Below, piece by piece: positions 54,010 through 64,000 of a stretch of 64,000 nt of DNA; position 1 is the first letter of the stretch; the number at the start of each line of letters is the position of its first letter. The stretch lies in contig QCED01000003.1 of NCBI GenBank assembly GCA_003280725.1, positions 571 to 64,570 on the forward strand, given 5' to 3'. The position numbers and the translations under genes were made by a program. The notes under the pieces were generated by a model. The model made no database searches, was not told where the DNA came from, and worked only from the letters and a program-made list of their open reading frames with translations. The DNA is from Prochlorococcus sp. AG-355-M18. Its GTDB lineage: Bacteria; Cyanobacteriota; Cyanobacteriia; PCC-6307; Cyanobiaceae.

Positions 54010-54615
54010 TCATTTTAGTTTTTTTTCAGAAAGACTTTTTTCAATCACTTCGTAATTTATTAATTTCAAAGAATTTCCATCCCTGTTGATATCTAAACTT
54101 ACAAAGTTATGAAGAAGCTCAAGAGAAAGTTCTCCTTTTATGACTAATTTAAAATTTTTGTTTTTTAATTTTTTTGACTTTAGATGAGAGCAAATTTTAA
54201 TAACAATTTCTTTCTTTTGAGTGTTTACAAAAACTAATTCTCCTCTAACAGAAAAATAATTATCTTTTAGATCTAATTCTTCTAGCAATTTAGAAAAGTT
54301 AGTTTTTGAAGAATCATTTGGGAAATCATTCAGTTGATAGGGATCCCAGATTCCTGCGACTTGTAAATGTAAGTTTTGAGTATTTTTATTCTTTGGATAA
54401 ACAATCCAATAATAGCTTTTCTTTAAGTCAATATGTTTTTTTAACAGTGATAATGCTTTACCTAGTACTACTGTTTCAATTTTTTCGCCTTTATTGTCAA
54501 TTAAAAAGCCTCTGTTTAATTGCTCACTAACATGAGGTGTAAATTTACCATTAATAATACCTATAGCTCTTTGCTGTAATTGGTTAGTAACTTTTGGTAT
54601 AGGGTTTTTTAACAT
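54010..54615 (-). CDS. conserved hypothetical protein
   Basis: 201-aa ORF with PIP.VT..LQ.RAIG, WIVYP and FSVRGEL; co-oriented with its neighbours. Confidence 0.75.
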   Translation of the reverse strand: MLKNPIPKVTNQLQQRAIGIINGKFTPHVSEQLNRGFLIDNKGEKIETVVLGKALSLLKKHIDLKKSYYWIVYPKNKNTQNLHLQVAGIWDPYQLNDFPNDSSKTNFSKLLEELDLKDNYFSVRGELVFVNTQKKEIVIKICSHLKSKKLKNKNFKLVIKGELSLELLHNFVSLDINRDGNSLKLINYEVIEKSLSEKKLK

Positions 54616-54655
54616 ATTAAAATTTTGAAAATAACAGTTTATCGTATTAAAATTT

Positions 54656-54955
54656 TTATTTTTCCTCCAAACTATTAAAAGACTTTAACGCATCGTCAAT
54701 AGCATCAGAAGGATTAGTCGCATCATTCATACTATTTTGTCTTCGAATCATTTCCACAATTTCAAAAGGATTGGTTGGAAGAACTGAACTATCCTCATCT
54801 GTTTTAGTAGAATTATCAATTTCTAATTTTCCAAATAAGTCTTGTGCATTTAGGTAATCACCTTTTAAGGAAGTTAGCAAAATAAAAGAAATTACAAAAG
54901 TTGTTGGTATATAAAGGCTTTTGCAAAAATTATTTTTCATTTTATTTAATTTCAA
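54656..54955 (-). CDS. hypothetical exported protein
   Basis: Signal-like hydrophobic N-terminus; C-terminal MNDATNPSDAIDDAL. Confidence 0.7.
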   Translation of the reverse strand: MKLNKMKNNFCKSLYIPTTFVISFILLTSLKGDYLNAQDLFGKLEIDNSTKTDEDSSVLPTNPFEIVEMIRRQNSMNDATNPSDAIDDALKSFNSLEEK

Positions 54956-55011
54956 AATTCTTTAATGCTAAAATTTTCTGCTAACTTAATTTTACATAAT
55001 TTGGTAGAAAT

Positions 55012-55857
55012 TTGTTAATAGCAACTTGGAATGTTAACTCAATAAGAACAAGACTTTCACAAATAATAGATTGGATTAATCAAGTAAATCCAGATATTCT
55101 ATGTTTGCAAGAAACAAAAGTGGTGGATGATAATTTCCCGGTTGAACCTTTTGAAAAATTAGGTTATTCATTAGAGGTCTACGGACAAAAATCATACAAC
55201 GGTGTGGCTATTATTTCAAAAATAAAGCCAGAAAATGTGAAAAAAGGATTCAAAGATTGTACAGACTCTAATCAAAATTCCGAAATTTTCCTAGATCAAA
55301 AAAGATTAATTTCTGCTGATATTAATGGTATAAAAATCATAAATGTCTATGTGCCAAACGGATCTTCTCTGGAATCTAGTAAGTTCGAATACAAAATTAA
55401 TTGGTTAAATTGTTTATCTTCATTTTTGGATGAGCAGGAAAAAAAAGGTGAATTAATTTGTCTAATGGGTGATTTTAATGTTGCTCCATCTTATTTGGAT
55501 ATTCATGATCCAAAGAAATATGAAGGAGGAATAATGGCATCTGAGATAGAGAGAAATGCACTAAATAATGTTTTGAAAAAAAGATTAATAGATTCTTTCA
55601 GGATTTTTGAACAAAATACAGGCCATTGGAGTTGGTGGGATTACCGTAATAACGCATTTGAATTAAATAAAGGTTGGAGAATAGACCATATATATATAAG
55701 CAAAGAACTGACATCAAAACTTAAAAGTTGTGTCATAGACTGCTTACCAAGAGGTAATTTACGTCCAAGTGATCATGCCCCAGTAATGATAGAACTTAAC
55801 TTAAACGATATAAATGAAGATTTTTTTGAGGATGAGGATAATTTTTTCGAAATATAA
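55012..55857 (+). CDS. xth: exodeoxyribonuclease III
   Basis: ATWNVNS, LQETK, YVPNG, GDFNVAP, WWDYR, RIDH and SDHAP motifs. Confidence 0.96.
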   Translation: MLIATWNVNSIRTRLSQIIDWINQVNPDILCLQETKVVDDNFPVEPFEKLGYSLEVYGQKSYNGVAIISKIKPENVKKGFKDCTDSNQNSEIFLDQKRLISADINGIKIINVYVPNGSSLESSKFEYKINWLNCLSSFLDEQEKKGELICLMGDFNVAPSYLDIHDPKKYEGGIMASEIERNALNNVLKKRLIDSFRIFEQNTGHWSWWDYRNNAFELNKGWRIDHIYISKELTSKLKSCVIDCLPRGNLRPSDHAPVMIELNLNDINEDFFEDEDNFFEI

Positions 55858-56085
55858 AAAATAAATTGAATCTCTTCTTGAATCCATGGAAACGCTTATT
55901 AATAAAGAGTTATATAAAATGAAATAATATTTTTATAATAATTTCTTTAAAACTAATAATTTACAATCCAAACTATCGCAATAAAAATATCATAATGTAG
56001 AATTTCATTCTGATTGACAAAATTTTTACTTATTTCTAATTTAGAACATGACAAGATTTTTCTCAAAACATCATTTAGCTAAATC

Positions 56086-57387
56086 GTGACTGACATATTA
56101 AATTACACCAAATCAGAAGAAATTTTCTCTGCTGCCCAACAACTAATGCCTGGAGGAGTAAGCTCTCCAGTAAGAGCCTTTAAGTCTGTAGGAGGCCAGC
56201 CAATTGTTTTTGATAGAGTCAAAGGTCCCTTCGCTTGGGATATCGATGGTAATAGATATATTGACTACATAGGTAGTTGGGGGCCTGCTATATGTGGACA
56301 TGCCCACCCTGAAGTTATAACAGCATTACAGGAAGCAATTGAGAAAGGCACGAGCTTTGGTGCTCCATGCGTTCTAGAGAACAAACTTGCTGAAATGGTC
56401 ATAGATGCAGTACCTTCAGTGGAAATGGTTAGATTTGTTAATAGTGGAACTGAAGCATGCATGGCAGTTTTGAGACTTATGCGAGCATTTACTGGAAGAG
56501 ATAAAGTTATTAAATTTGACGGTTGCTATCACGGTCATGCAGATATGTTTTTAGTGAAGGCTGGATCAGGTGTAGCCACTCTAGGTTTACCAGATTCTCC
56601 AGGTGTTCCACGGACGACAACTGCCAACACACTTACTGCTCCCTACAATGACCTTGAAGCAGTAAAAAAATTATTTTCTGAAAATCCTGATGCCATTTCG
56701 GGGGTTATCCTTGAGCCTATTGTTGGTAATGCTGGATTTATTACTCCGGAACCTGGATTCCTGGAAGGATTAAGAGAATTAACATCTGAGAATGGATCCT
56801 TACTAGTTTTTGACGAAGTAATGACTGGATTCAGAATAAGTTATGGAGGCGCACAAGCAAAGTTTGGTGTAACTCCTGATTTAACCACTCTCGGCAAAGT
56901 AATTGGTGGAGGCCTACCCGTTGGAGCTTATGGAGGCAAAAAAGAAATAATGTCTATGATAGCTCCCTCAGGTCCGGTCTATCAAGCAGGTACATTGAGC
57001 GGAAACCCTCTTGCAATGACTGCTGGAATAAAAACCCTCGAGCTCTTAAAGCAAGAAGGAACGTACGAGAAATTAGATTCAATAACTTCTAGATTAATTG
57101 AAGGAATAATTCAGTCTGCTGAAAATAATAGTATCTCAATTAATGGTGGAAGTGTAAGCGCAATGTTTGGATTTTTCTTATGCAATGGGCCAGTTAGAAA
57201 CTTTGATGAAGCAAAAATGAATGATGCCGAATTATTTGCTAAGTTACATTCAGAAATGCTTCAGCGAGGAATTTACCTAGCTCCAAGTCCTTTTGAAGCT
57301 GGATTCACATCACTTGCTCACAGTGAAGAAGAAATTGATAAGACTATCGAGGCATTTGATGAATCCTTTAACGCTATAAAAAAGTGA
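56086..57387 (+). CDS. hemL: glutamate-1-semialdehyde 2,1-aminomutase (GTG start)
   Basis: [26 protein letters not shown] and [11 protein letters not shown] (PLP Lys). Confidence 0.98.
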   Translation: MTDILNYTKSEEIFSAAQQLMPGGVSSPVRAFKSVGGQPIVFDRVKGPFAWDIDGNRYIDYIGSWGPAICGHAHPEVITALQEAIEKGTSFGAPCVLENKLAEMVIDAVPSVEMVRFVNSGTEACMAVLRLMRAFTGRDKVIKFDGCYHGHADMFLVKAGSGVATLGLPDSPGVPRTTTANTLTAPYNDLEAVKKLFSENPDAISGVILEPIVGNAGFITPEPGFLEGLRELTSENGSLLVFDEVMTGFRISYGGAQAKFGVTPDLTTLGKVIGGGLPVGAYGGKKEIMSMIAPSGPVYQAGTLSGNPLAMTAGIKTLELLKQEGTYEKLDSITSRLIEGIIQSAENNSISINGGSVSAMFGFFLCNGPVRNFDEAKMNDAELFAKLHSEMLQRGIYLAPSPFEAGFTSLAHSEEEIDKTIEAFDESFNAIKK

Positions 57388-57454
57388 TATTTTTTTAATA
57401 TTGTTAAAAGAAAAATGGAAATAAACTAATGAATAGAGAAGTAATTTTAATTAA

Positions 57455-58258
57455 TTATCTTCTACCACCAACTATCACAGGTGGACTACCACCTTCTGAA
57501 CCTGGCAATCCAGGTACAACTTGAGTACTACCATCCCACTTGTCTAGAAAAAGTTTGAAGAGTACTTGATCGTCAAGGCTTTTGTTTAATGTTTCATATC
57601 TGAGAGCCTCTTGTTCAGCAATTTCAACTTCTGTTTTTGCTCTTAACAGCTGTTGACCAGCTATTTGTTTTTGTTCAATAGCAGCTCTATATTCTTCAGC
57701 AATCTCTAATCCAGTAAGATCTAAACTTTTGACATCGACATAATCAAATGAATTAAGTTCTTTGGCAACGGTATCTCCTACTTTTTCGGAGATGACTGCA
57801 AATTCAGTAGCGATTGTCTCTAGCTCGTACTGAGAAAAAACTGATTTAAGCGCTTTAAGTAGAGAGGGTTGAACAATTTTTTGATAAACATCGCTATTTC
57901 TACTAGCGATAGTAGCGAAAATTCTTCCGGCTTCATTAGGCTTTACTGAATATTTTACGGTAGCTGTAGCCCTAATAACTTGAAGATCTTTAGTTAAAGT
58001 TTCAAATTTCTCAGGTTGAACCTGTGTTTTAATATCAAATGGATAAACTGACTGAACAAATGGAAGTTTAAAATTTAAACCCGCTCTCCTTGAGGGACCA
58101 CTTACTTTACCAAGTGTCGTAACTACTGCAACCTGTCCAGAGGGCACTACAAAGAGAGACTGTGTTAGTAAAAGAAAGCCAGTAAAAGACAATACAATTA
58201 ATAGCGTTGCTGTCCCACCTGGACCAGTTGGAGTAACATTTTTAAAGGATGTTGACAT
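57455..58258 (-). CDS. SPFH/band 7 prohibitin family protein
   Basis: N-terminal TM, GL.FKLPF, TKDLQ and AAIEQKQIA.Q coiled coil. Confidence 0.92.
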   Translation of the reverse strand: MSTSFKNVTPTGPGGTATLLIVLSFTGFLLLTQSLFVVPSGQVAVVTTLGKVSGPSRRAGLNFKLPFVQSVYPFDIKTQVQPEKFETLTKDLQVIRATATVKYSVKPNEAGRIFATIASRNSDVYQKIVQPSLLKALKSVFSQYELETIATEFAVISEKVGDTVAKELNSFDYVDVKSLDLTGLEIAEEYRAAIEQKQIAGQQLLRAKTEVEIAEQEALRYETLNKSLDDQVLFKLFLDKWDGSTQVVPGLPGSEGGSPPVIVGGRR

Positions 58259-58373
58259 TAAAATTCTTCTTTTTTACACATCATATTTAATCAAATTAGT
58301 TAATGCATTAGTAAGGCATTTAATTAAAATATTTTTTTAATAATTGTAAAAAGAAATATAAATATTATTTGTA

Positions 58374-58580
58374 TTAAATGTTTGATTTAAATTCTTCCAA
58401 AAGCTTTAAATAAAGGCCTTCATCTATTTCTCTGATGTCATATTCAGATGGTAAAACACCATGTTTATATTCATGTACTGCCATCCAACAAAATTTCTCT
58501 ATTTCTCCCTTCGAAAAACGAGGATATTCCTGAACCTTTACAAACAATTCTTTAATTAGTGTTTCTGAATAATTTGCCAT
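58374..58580 (-). CDS. small hypothetical protein with HExxH motif
   Basis: 68-aa ORF co-oriented with its neighbours; FCWMAVHEYKHG. Confidence 0.65.
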   Translation of the reverse strand: MANYSETLIKELFVKVQEYPRFSKGEIEKFCWMAVHEYKHGVLPSEYDIREIDEGLYLKLLEEFKSNI

Positions 58581-58605
58581 ATTTCTAAATAATTTCTTAT
58601 AAATA

Positions 58606-59103
58606 TTATCTAAAATTATTAGCCTTTAGAGGAATATTCAAAGACTCTTCAAGTTCACTAATAAGTTTAATTGCTAATTGAAGATCATTTTTGCTCTTAC
58701 TCGAGACTCTTAATGTTTCCCCATTTATGGTGACATTAATTTTTTTAATTTGATCTCTAATATTTTTACTGATTTTTTTCGCTATTTCTTGTTTAATTCC
58801 TTGTTTTAATAAAATTGTCTGTTTAACTTTATTGCCACTCACCATTTCAATCTCACCGTAGTCGAAGATTTTTAAAGACAAGTTTCTTTTTATTGATTTT
58901 TGTCTAATTATGTCGTTTACAGCATTTAATGTTAATTCACTGTTGGTGGTTATAAAAATACTTTCTTTATCTAAATCAACTGTAGTATCTGTTCCTTTCA
59001 AATCATATCGTTGAGAAATTTCCCTTTTTACTTGATCCAAACTATTAACTAATTCCTGTCTCTCAAAATCAGAAACCACATCAAATGAAAAACTTTCAGC
59101 CAT
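58606..59103 (-). CDS. yajQ: YajQ family nucleotide-binding protein
   Basis: SFDVVS, RYDLKG and LKQGI motifs; C-terminal NFR. Confidence 0.93.
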   Translation of the reverse strand: MAESFSFDVVSDFERQELVNSLDQVKREISQRYDLKGTDTTVDLDKESIFITTNSELTLNAVNDIIRQKSIKRNLSLKIFDYGEIEMVSGNKVKQTILLKQGIKQEIAKKISKNIRDQIKKINVTINGETLRVSSKSKNDLQLAIKLISELEESLNIPLKANNFR

Positions 59104-59170
59104 CTTGAATTTTTAAACCCAAGACTACTTTTAGCATAAAAAAGATTTAAATAAGGGAAAATGGATTTAA

Positions 59171-59683
59171 TTAATCAAAAAATAACAAACTAACCAACTT
59201 TCCCATTTCTTCCGCACATCTACAACTATTTAATAAAGTTTCACTATCGTGAAAGGCGAAACATATCAATTGATCGCACCTAGTAATAATTTCTTGATTA
59301 CAAAGACTGCTTGCAAGAGGCAAAGGCAATTCATCATTCTCACTTTTTTCAACCAAATGCATTACCTTCTCAAGTTGATCCTTTATTTCAGGTATTTGTC
59401 TATCAAGACTTTGAGGCAATAAAACAGTTAATAATGATGGATTAACATCTAAAACAGCTCGAATAACTGCAGCATTTACTCCTTGAGATCCAGATGTAAG
59501 AATATTATGTCCCTCCTCTGCTAGCGACCTTGCTATCAACTCAATTAAGTGGATATCGACGACTGGTACATGTCTACTGCCCAAAAAAGCAATTCTCCTT
59601 TTCCCGTTATCTTGGAGTTTTGCAAGTTCTTGGGCTAAGGTATCAATACCTTCAGTTGCGGGTAGATCTAAAGAGCGACTCAA
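59171..59683 (-). CDS. DprA/Smf-like Rossmann-fold protein (short cyanobacterial type)
   Basis: IAFLGSR, TSGSQGVNAAVIR and CNQEII motifs. Confidence 0.7.
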   Translation of the reverse strand: MSRSLDLPATEGIDTLAQELAKLQDNGKRRIAFLGSRHVPVVDIHLIELIARSLAEEGHNILTSGSQGVNAAVIRAVLDVNPSLLTVLLPQSLDRQIPEIKDQLEKVMHLVEKSENDELPLPLASSLCNQEIITRCDQLICFAFHDSETLLNSCRCAEEMGKLVSLLFFD

Positions 59684-59708
59684 AATAAAATGGTTCCTAT
59701 ATTTGAAA

Positions 59709-60818
59709 TTAGCATTTATCTGGAAAATTGCAGGGAAAATCTACCTTTTCGAGTATTCTTTTTAGATTGACATGCTCCTGAACTAACTGGAATGCGTAAG
59801 AAGCTTTAACTGATTCATGTATTCTGACATGACCAAAAGCTTGTTCAATAATTTCTACTGAAGCGAGAGTGTCTAATTCTACTTTTAAAATTGGCACCTC
59901 TAATTCCTCAGCTCTGTGAATCAATTGTGATAAAGGATCTCCCAAACCAGTTAAGATTAGGCATTGAGTAGAGGCTTCCAACGCCGCAAGTTGTATGTCA
60001 GTTCTATCTGCTCCTGTAACTACTGCCATATTTCGTCTTCTCCTGAAGAATTCCATTGCAGAATTTACACCCATAGCACCAATACTTAATGTCTCAACAA
60101 GTAATTGATCTTTTTCGGGACAACAAATTACTTGGGCATTTAATCTTCTTACAAGCTCACCTACTGTTACACTTCTGAGCAATGGTGATTTAGGCATCAC
60201 CCCAAACACTTCAATATTCATATCTTTAAGAGATGGTATTATTTCATTTTTAACTTTTTCTACTTCTTGAGGCGGAACTGCATTTAGCACAACTCCAGCT
60301 AAATGCTTTCCTAATTGTTTTTTTGCATCAAGTAATGCATCTACGCTTTTACAATCTTCCCATAAATTTACAATTAAGACTTTCGCATCTAGACTCTCAG
60401 CTAATTGTGGCAGACTTAAACCATAAATCATTCCTTCATGAAGACTTCCAGCTGCCTCTAAAATGTTTAATCCTTCAAAATCATCATTAACTAATTCCAA
60501 AATTTGATCAAAACCTTTTCCCGGAAGCAAGTCTTTATTAAAGATTCTTTTTTCTGCTGATATATTATCCAATAATCCTACTGAAGAAATCAAATTTTCC
60601 AACTCAATATTCAATGTTGATCCAATAAACTTCACATCATCATCAATTAATCCTTCATATGACATTGATGGTAAATTAGTGAGTTCGATACATGTTGCTA
60701 GTGGTTTACCAATACGTACTTTTTTTTTCTCTTGTAAAAGTTTTTTCGCTATCCCCAGAACCAATGCGGACTTACCACTAAATGGCTCACAAGAACCAAT
60801 TAATAATATATCGCTCAT
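59709..60818 (-). CDS. phosphotransacetylase N-terminal-like protein (BioD-like P-loop plus DRTGG domain, no PTA catalytic domain)
   Basis: SGKSAL P-loop, TGADRTDIQLAALE and CLILTG motifs. Confidence 0.85.
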   Translation of the reverse strand: MSDILLIGSCEPFSGKSALVLGIAKKLLQEKKKVRIGKPLATCIELTNLPSMSYEGLIDDDVKFIGSTLNIELENLISSVGLLDNISAEKRIFNKDLLPGKGFDQILELVNDDFEGLNILEAAGSLHEGMIYGLSLPQLAESLDAKVLIVNLWEDCKSVDALLDAKKQLGKHLAGVVLNAVPPQEVEKVKNEIIPSLKDMNIEVFGVMPKSPLLRSVTVGELVRRLNAQVICCPEKDQLLVETLSIGAMGVNSAMEFFRRRRNMAVVTGADRTDIQLAALEASTQCLILTGLGDPLSQLIHRAEELEVPILKVELDTLASVEIIEQAFGHVRIHESVKASYAFQLVQEHVNLKRILEKVDFPCNFPDKC

Positions 60819-60985
60819 AATTAGTTAAATTATTTATTGATAGGTCCAAGATAATATTATTTTTAGAACTAAACAAATTTTTATTTATGAGTTTTAATCA
60901 AATAAATAAATAAATTTTTCTTTTAGGAAAATTTTATTTTTAATTATTTAATATTTCCTCAAAATCTAATAGAGTTAAAGATGCT

Positions 60986-61693
60986 ATGAATAAAGAAAAA
61001 ACTATTGGAATCACAGGAGCTTCAGGTGCCCTAGGCAAAGAACTAACAAAATTATTTCGTCAGAAAGGATACAAAGTACTTGGATTTACTCATCGAACAA
61101 CAAATTCCAAAATAAATCTTGAGTCCCCAAATGCATGGATTAAGTGGGAATGCGGTCAAGAATCAAAATTAAAAAAGCATTTTAAAGAAATAGATATCTT
61201 AATTTTGAACCACGGAATTTACGATTTGAGTAGAGAAAATTCCAATTATGAAAAATCAATAGAGATAAATGCATTAAGCAAATTCAAATTACTAAATTTA
61301 TTTGAAGAAATCGCCTTAACAAATAAATCATCAACAAAAAAAGAAGTCTGGATAAACACATCTGAAGCAGAAATATTACCTGCCCTTAATCCATCATATG
61401 AGATAAGTAAAACCCTTATTGGAGAATTAGTTTCTTTCAAAAAAAATCTACTTAGCAAGGATACTAAGAAAAAATTAATTATTAAGAAAATCATCTTAGG
61501 TCCTTTTAAATCTGAACTAAATCCGATTGGAATTATGAGTCCCAAATTTGTTTCCAGGAAGATTTATGATCTAGCAAAGTCACAAGGTTATCTAATAATA
61601 ATTAGTCCAAATCCATTATCTTATATACTTTTCCCCTTGAAAGAATTTTTGAACTTTTTTTATTGCATAATTATCTATAGATACAAATCCTAG
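60986..61693 (+). CDS. SDR family oxidoreductase
   Basis: GITGASGALG, ILNHG, NTSEAE and YEISK motifs. Confidence 0.85.
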   Translation: MNKEKTIGITGASGALGKELTKLFRQKGYKVLGFTHRTTNSKINLESPNAWIKWECGQESKLKKHFKEIDILILNHGIYDLSRENSNYEKSIEINALSKFKLLNLFEEIALTNKSSTKKEVWINTSEAEILPALNPSYEISKTLIGELVSFKKNLLSKDTKKKLIIKKIILGPFKSELNPIGIMSPKFVSRKIYDLAKSQGYLIIISPNPLSYILFPLKEFLNFFYCIIIYRYKS

Positions 61694-61696
61694 CGA

Positions 61697-62536
61697 CTAA
61701 AAGTCTCTATCCGTCAATATCTCGATCCCATCTTTTAAAACAACAATTGTATGTTCCCATTGGGCGGATAATTTTCCATCTTTTGTTATAACCGTCCATC
61801 TATCATTCAATGTTTTACAAAACTTACTACCTTCATTAACAATCGGTTCCACAGCTAGTGTCATACCTTCACGAAGAACTACATTAGGCAATTCATTAGT
61901 CCGAAAATTAAATACAGAAGGTTCTTCATGAAGATTTCTTCCAACTCCATGTCCTGTATAATCTTCAACAACACTGAACCCATTTTTCAAAACAACATCT
62001 TCAATTTCCCCAGCGACATCAAGAAGTGTATTTCCCGCCTTAATTTTCGAAAGTCCAGCATAAAGTGCCTTATAAGCTACATCACTAAGATTTTGAGCCT
62101 TTGAACTAACTTCTCCTACACAAATTGATATACAACTATCTCCGTGGAAGCCATCCAAATACGCTCCTGTATCAATCTTAACTAAGTCACCGTTTTTAAT
62201 TATTTTATTTCTATTTGGTATCCCGTGGACAACCTCATTATTGATACTAGAGCAAATACTAGAGGGGAAACCATGATAGCCCTTAAAACTTGGCACAGCT
62301 CCAAAACTTTTTATCCTCTTTTCTGCAAAATCATCTAATTCTTTTGTACTCATTCCTGGTTTAATTAGATCATTAATTTCCCTTAAAACTGTTGCAACTA
62401 TCCTGCTAGATTTTTTCATCAAATTTATTTCACGTGCAGACTTTATTTCAATTCCCCTTCTCCTTTGTATAAAAGGAACTTGATCATTAGTTTTGGAATT
62501 ATTTTTATTTAGTAAAAGATCTGCAAAATGTTTCAT
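61697..62536 (-). CDS. map: methionine aminopeptidase type I
   Basis: VVHGIP, D.G....G.HGD, GHGVG..LHEEP, AVEP and QWEHT motifs. Confidence 0.96.
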   Translation of the reverse strand: MKHFADLLLNKNNSKTNDQVPFIQRRRGIEIKSAREINLMKKSSRIVATVLREINDLIKPGMSTKELDDFAEKRIKSFGAVPSFKGYHGFPSSICSSINNEVVHGIPNRNKIIKNGDLVKIDTGAYLDGFHGDSCISICVGEVSSKAQNLSDVAYKALYAGLSKIKAGNTLLDVAGEIEDVVLKNGFSVVEDYTGHGVGRNLHEEPSVFNFRTNELPNVVLREGMTLAVEPIVNEGSKFCKTLNDRWTVITKDGKLSAQWEHTIVVLKDGIEILTDRDF

Positions 62537-62629
62537 TGGAATAAATAAAATAGTAATAGATAAATATCATCAAAATAGCCACAATAGTTTTGGCTATCTT
62601 TAATTTATCAATAACAATGGGAAACCGGA

Positions 62630-62938
62630 ATGAAATTCTTTTCTAATTCTAGGCAATTTCATAAAGCTTTGGCTCCTTGGGTTTTTCTTCCATTATTTAT
62701 ATCTTCAATTACCGGGCTTCTCTACAGAGTTTCAAAAGATTTATTAGGTTACTCTAGAGATCAAGTACATTGGTTAATGTCCCTCCACGAGGGCGAATGG
62801 CTTGGAGATAATGGAGAATTAATATATGTAATATTGAATTCCCTAGGAGTTTTATGGATGCTCATAACAGGATTCCAAATGTTTTCAAAAACAATTTCAA
62901 TTACTAAAAAGGTTACTAAAGGCGAGTCTAAGGGTTAA
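62630..62938 (+). CDS. PepSY-associated TM helix small membrane protein
   Basis: R.FH..LA...LPL..S.ITG and LH.G motifs; two TMs. Confidence 0.75.
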   Translation: MKFFSNSRQFHKALAPWVFLPLFISSITGLLYRVSKDLLGYSRDQVHWLMSLHEGEWLGDNGELIYVILNSLGVLWMLITGFQMFSKTISITKKVTKGESKG

Positions 62939-62970
62939 GATATAAGACTTGTAGGATAAAAAAGACCAAA

Positions 62971-63441
62971 ATGGCTAAAGAGAAACAAGAAAATGAATTA
63001 GAAACTGATGTTAAAGCTGAAGGATCAATTGATGTGACAGTTGAAAAAGAAGAAAAAAACTTAGTTTCTGAAACGACAAAATCAAATAGTGTTTCCACAC
63101 TTATTGAGGAATTTGAAAATGAACAAATAAAAAAAGAATTACCTGAAATTTATGTCGGAGACACCGTAAAAGTAGGTGTGAAAATCACTGAAGGTAACAA
63201 AGAAAGAGTTCAACCTTATGAAGGTGTTGTTATAGCAAAAAGACACGGAGGTCTCAATCAAACAATTACAGTAAGAAGAATTTTCCAAGGCATTGGTGTT
63301 GAAAGAGTATTTATGCTACATAGTCCACAAGTTGCTTCTCTAAAAGTTGAACGCAGAGGTAAAGTAAGAAGAGCTAAGCTATTCTATTTAAGAGATAGAG
63401 TAGGTAAAGCTACTCGCGTAAAACAACGCTTTGACCGTTAA
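62971..63441 (+). CDS. rplS: 50S ribosomal protein L19 with acidic N-terminal extension
   Basis: [26 protein letters not shown] and [12 protein letters not shown] motifs. Confidence 0.97.
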   Translation: MAKEKQENELETDVKAEGSIDVTVEKEEKNLVSETTKSNSVSTLIEEFENEQIKKELPEIYVGDTVKVGVKITEGNKERVQPYEGVVIAKRHGGLNQTITVRRIFQGIGVERVFMLHSPQVASLKVERRGKVRRAKLFYLRDRVGKATRVKQRFDR

Positions 63442-63479
63442 ACTTGTAAAGTAACAGGTTTAATGTTCACAAAGGCGCT

Positions 63480-63485
63480 TATAAT
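63480..63485 (+). promoter_or_regulatory. consensus -10 hexamer TATAAT upstream of tRNA-Trp
   Basis: Exact TATAAT ending 9 nt before the tRNA 5' end; no clear -35 hexamer. Confidence 0.45.
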
Positions 63486-63494
63486 CATTTTGAT

Positions 63495-63567
63495 GCGTCG
63501 TTAGTTCAGTTGGTAGAACGCAGGTCTCCAAAACCTGATGTCGGGGGTTCAAGTCCTCCACGACGCG
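63495..63567 (+). tRNA. trnW: tRNA-Trp(CCA), CCA end not encoded
   Basis: Acceptor stem GCGTCGT/ACGACGC, anticodon arm CAGGT-CTCCAAA-ACCTG and T-loop GTTCAAG. Confidence 0.96.
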
Positions 63568-63602
63568 TTTGATCAACATTTTTGTAAATCATTTTTCATA
63601 AA

Positions 63603-63797
63603 ATGGAGTTAGATCTTCAACCCGGGGACGTAGTTAAAGTCCTAGAATCAGCAGCTTTAGGATGGGTTCGTGCAAGAGTCATCAGAGTTAAATCTGGTGG
63701 AAGAGTTGTTGTACAGAGTGACCAAGGCAGAGAATTTACAGCGAGAGGTAACCAAGTTAGGTTGATAGAACCTGCTGGCTTTAGGCCTCAAAAATAA
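63603..63797 (+). CDS. hcp: Prochlorococcus/Synechococcus hyper-conserved protein (PSHCP)
   Basis: MELDLQPGDVVKVLESAALGWVRARVIRVKSGGRVVVQSDQGREFTARGNQVRLIEPAGFRP, in its known position after rplS and tRNA-Trp. Confidence 0.9.
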   Translation: MELDLQPGDVVKVLESAALGWVRARVIRVKSGGRVVVQSDQGREFTARGNQVRLIEPAGFRPQK

Positions 63798-63947
63798 ATA
63801 GTTCTTTGTACTTAGATAGCTCATAAACGAACTATTTCTTAAAATCCTCAAAATAAAAAATTTTTTTTATTACAACAACATTAAATAAGTATTATGATCT
63901 GATAATTTTAAGAATGAAGTTTTAATTGAATTTAAAACTAAAATTTT

Positions 63948-64000
63948 GGGACCGTAGTTCAACTGGTTAGAGCACCGCCCTGTCACGGCGGAAGTTGCGG
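63948..64000 (+). tRNA. trnD: tRNA-Asp(GTC), truncated by window end
   Basis: GGGACCGTAGTTCAACTGGTTAGAGC D-arm and anticodon arm CCGCC-CTGTCAC-GGCGG. Confidence 0.93.

Noticed and set aside
60819-60985. Very AT-rich 167-nt divergent spacer as a possible gene remnant or origin-like element
   Set aside because: No ORF, repeat or DnaA-box cluster seen; consistent with an ordinary divergent promoter region.

Overview
AT-rich, densely coding 64-kb segment of the core chromosome of a marine picocyanobacterium. Gene content, gene order, low GC and the hyper-conserved protein next to rplS point to a high-light-type Prochlorococcus (inference, no database search). It runs from the chlN-chlB-chlL/por protochlorophyllide reductase cluster through psaM, the ado-aar-accA-SDR-folE alkane/fatty-acid run, ilvB, hemH, a solitary tyrosine recombinase, cobO, pyrH-frr, tal, ftsI, proS-psb27-purA, priA, rpoD, hemC, a yjbQ-phhB-COG0523-futB metal-related run, larC, xth and hemL, to map, rplS, tRNA-Trp, the hyper-conserved protein and a truncated tRNA-Asp. 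I see no prophage, IS, CRISPR array or genomic island, and no clearly new multi-gene system. The best leads are: (1) a pgeF/yfiH gene that seems to need a non-canonical ATT start; (2) a three-hairpin leader upstream of an Xis/AlpA-like HTH gene, plus a cargo-free integrase 11 kb away; (3) a long nested hairpin upstream of rpoD; (4) candidate FtsL and FtsB/DivIC-like small membrane proteins; (5) a catalytically degenerate second pyrophosphatase; (6) a perfect 21-bp tandem repeat encoding a His tract in a COG0523 protein, with a perfect 10-bp palindrome upstream of that gene run. All structures were found by eye and need computational confirmation.
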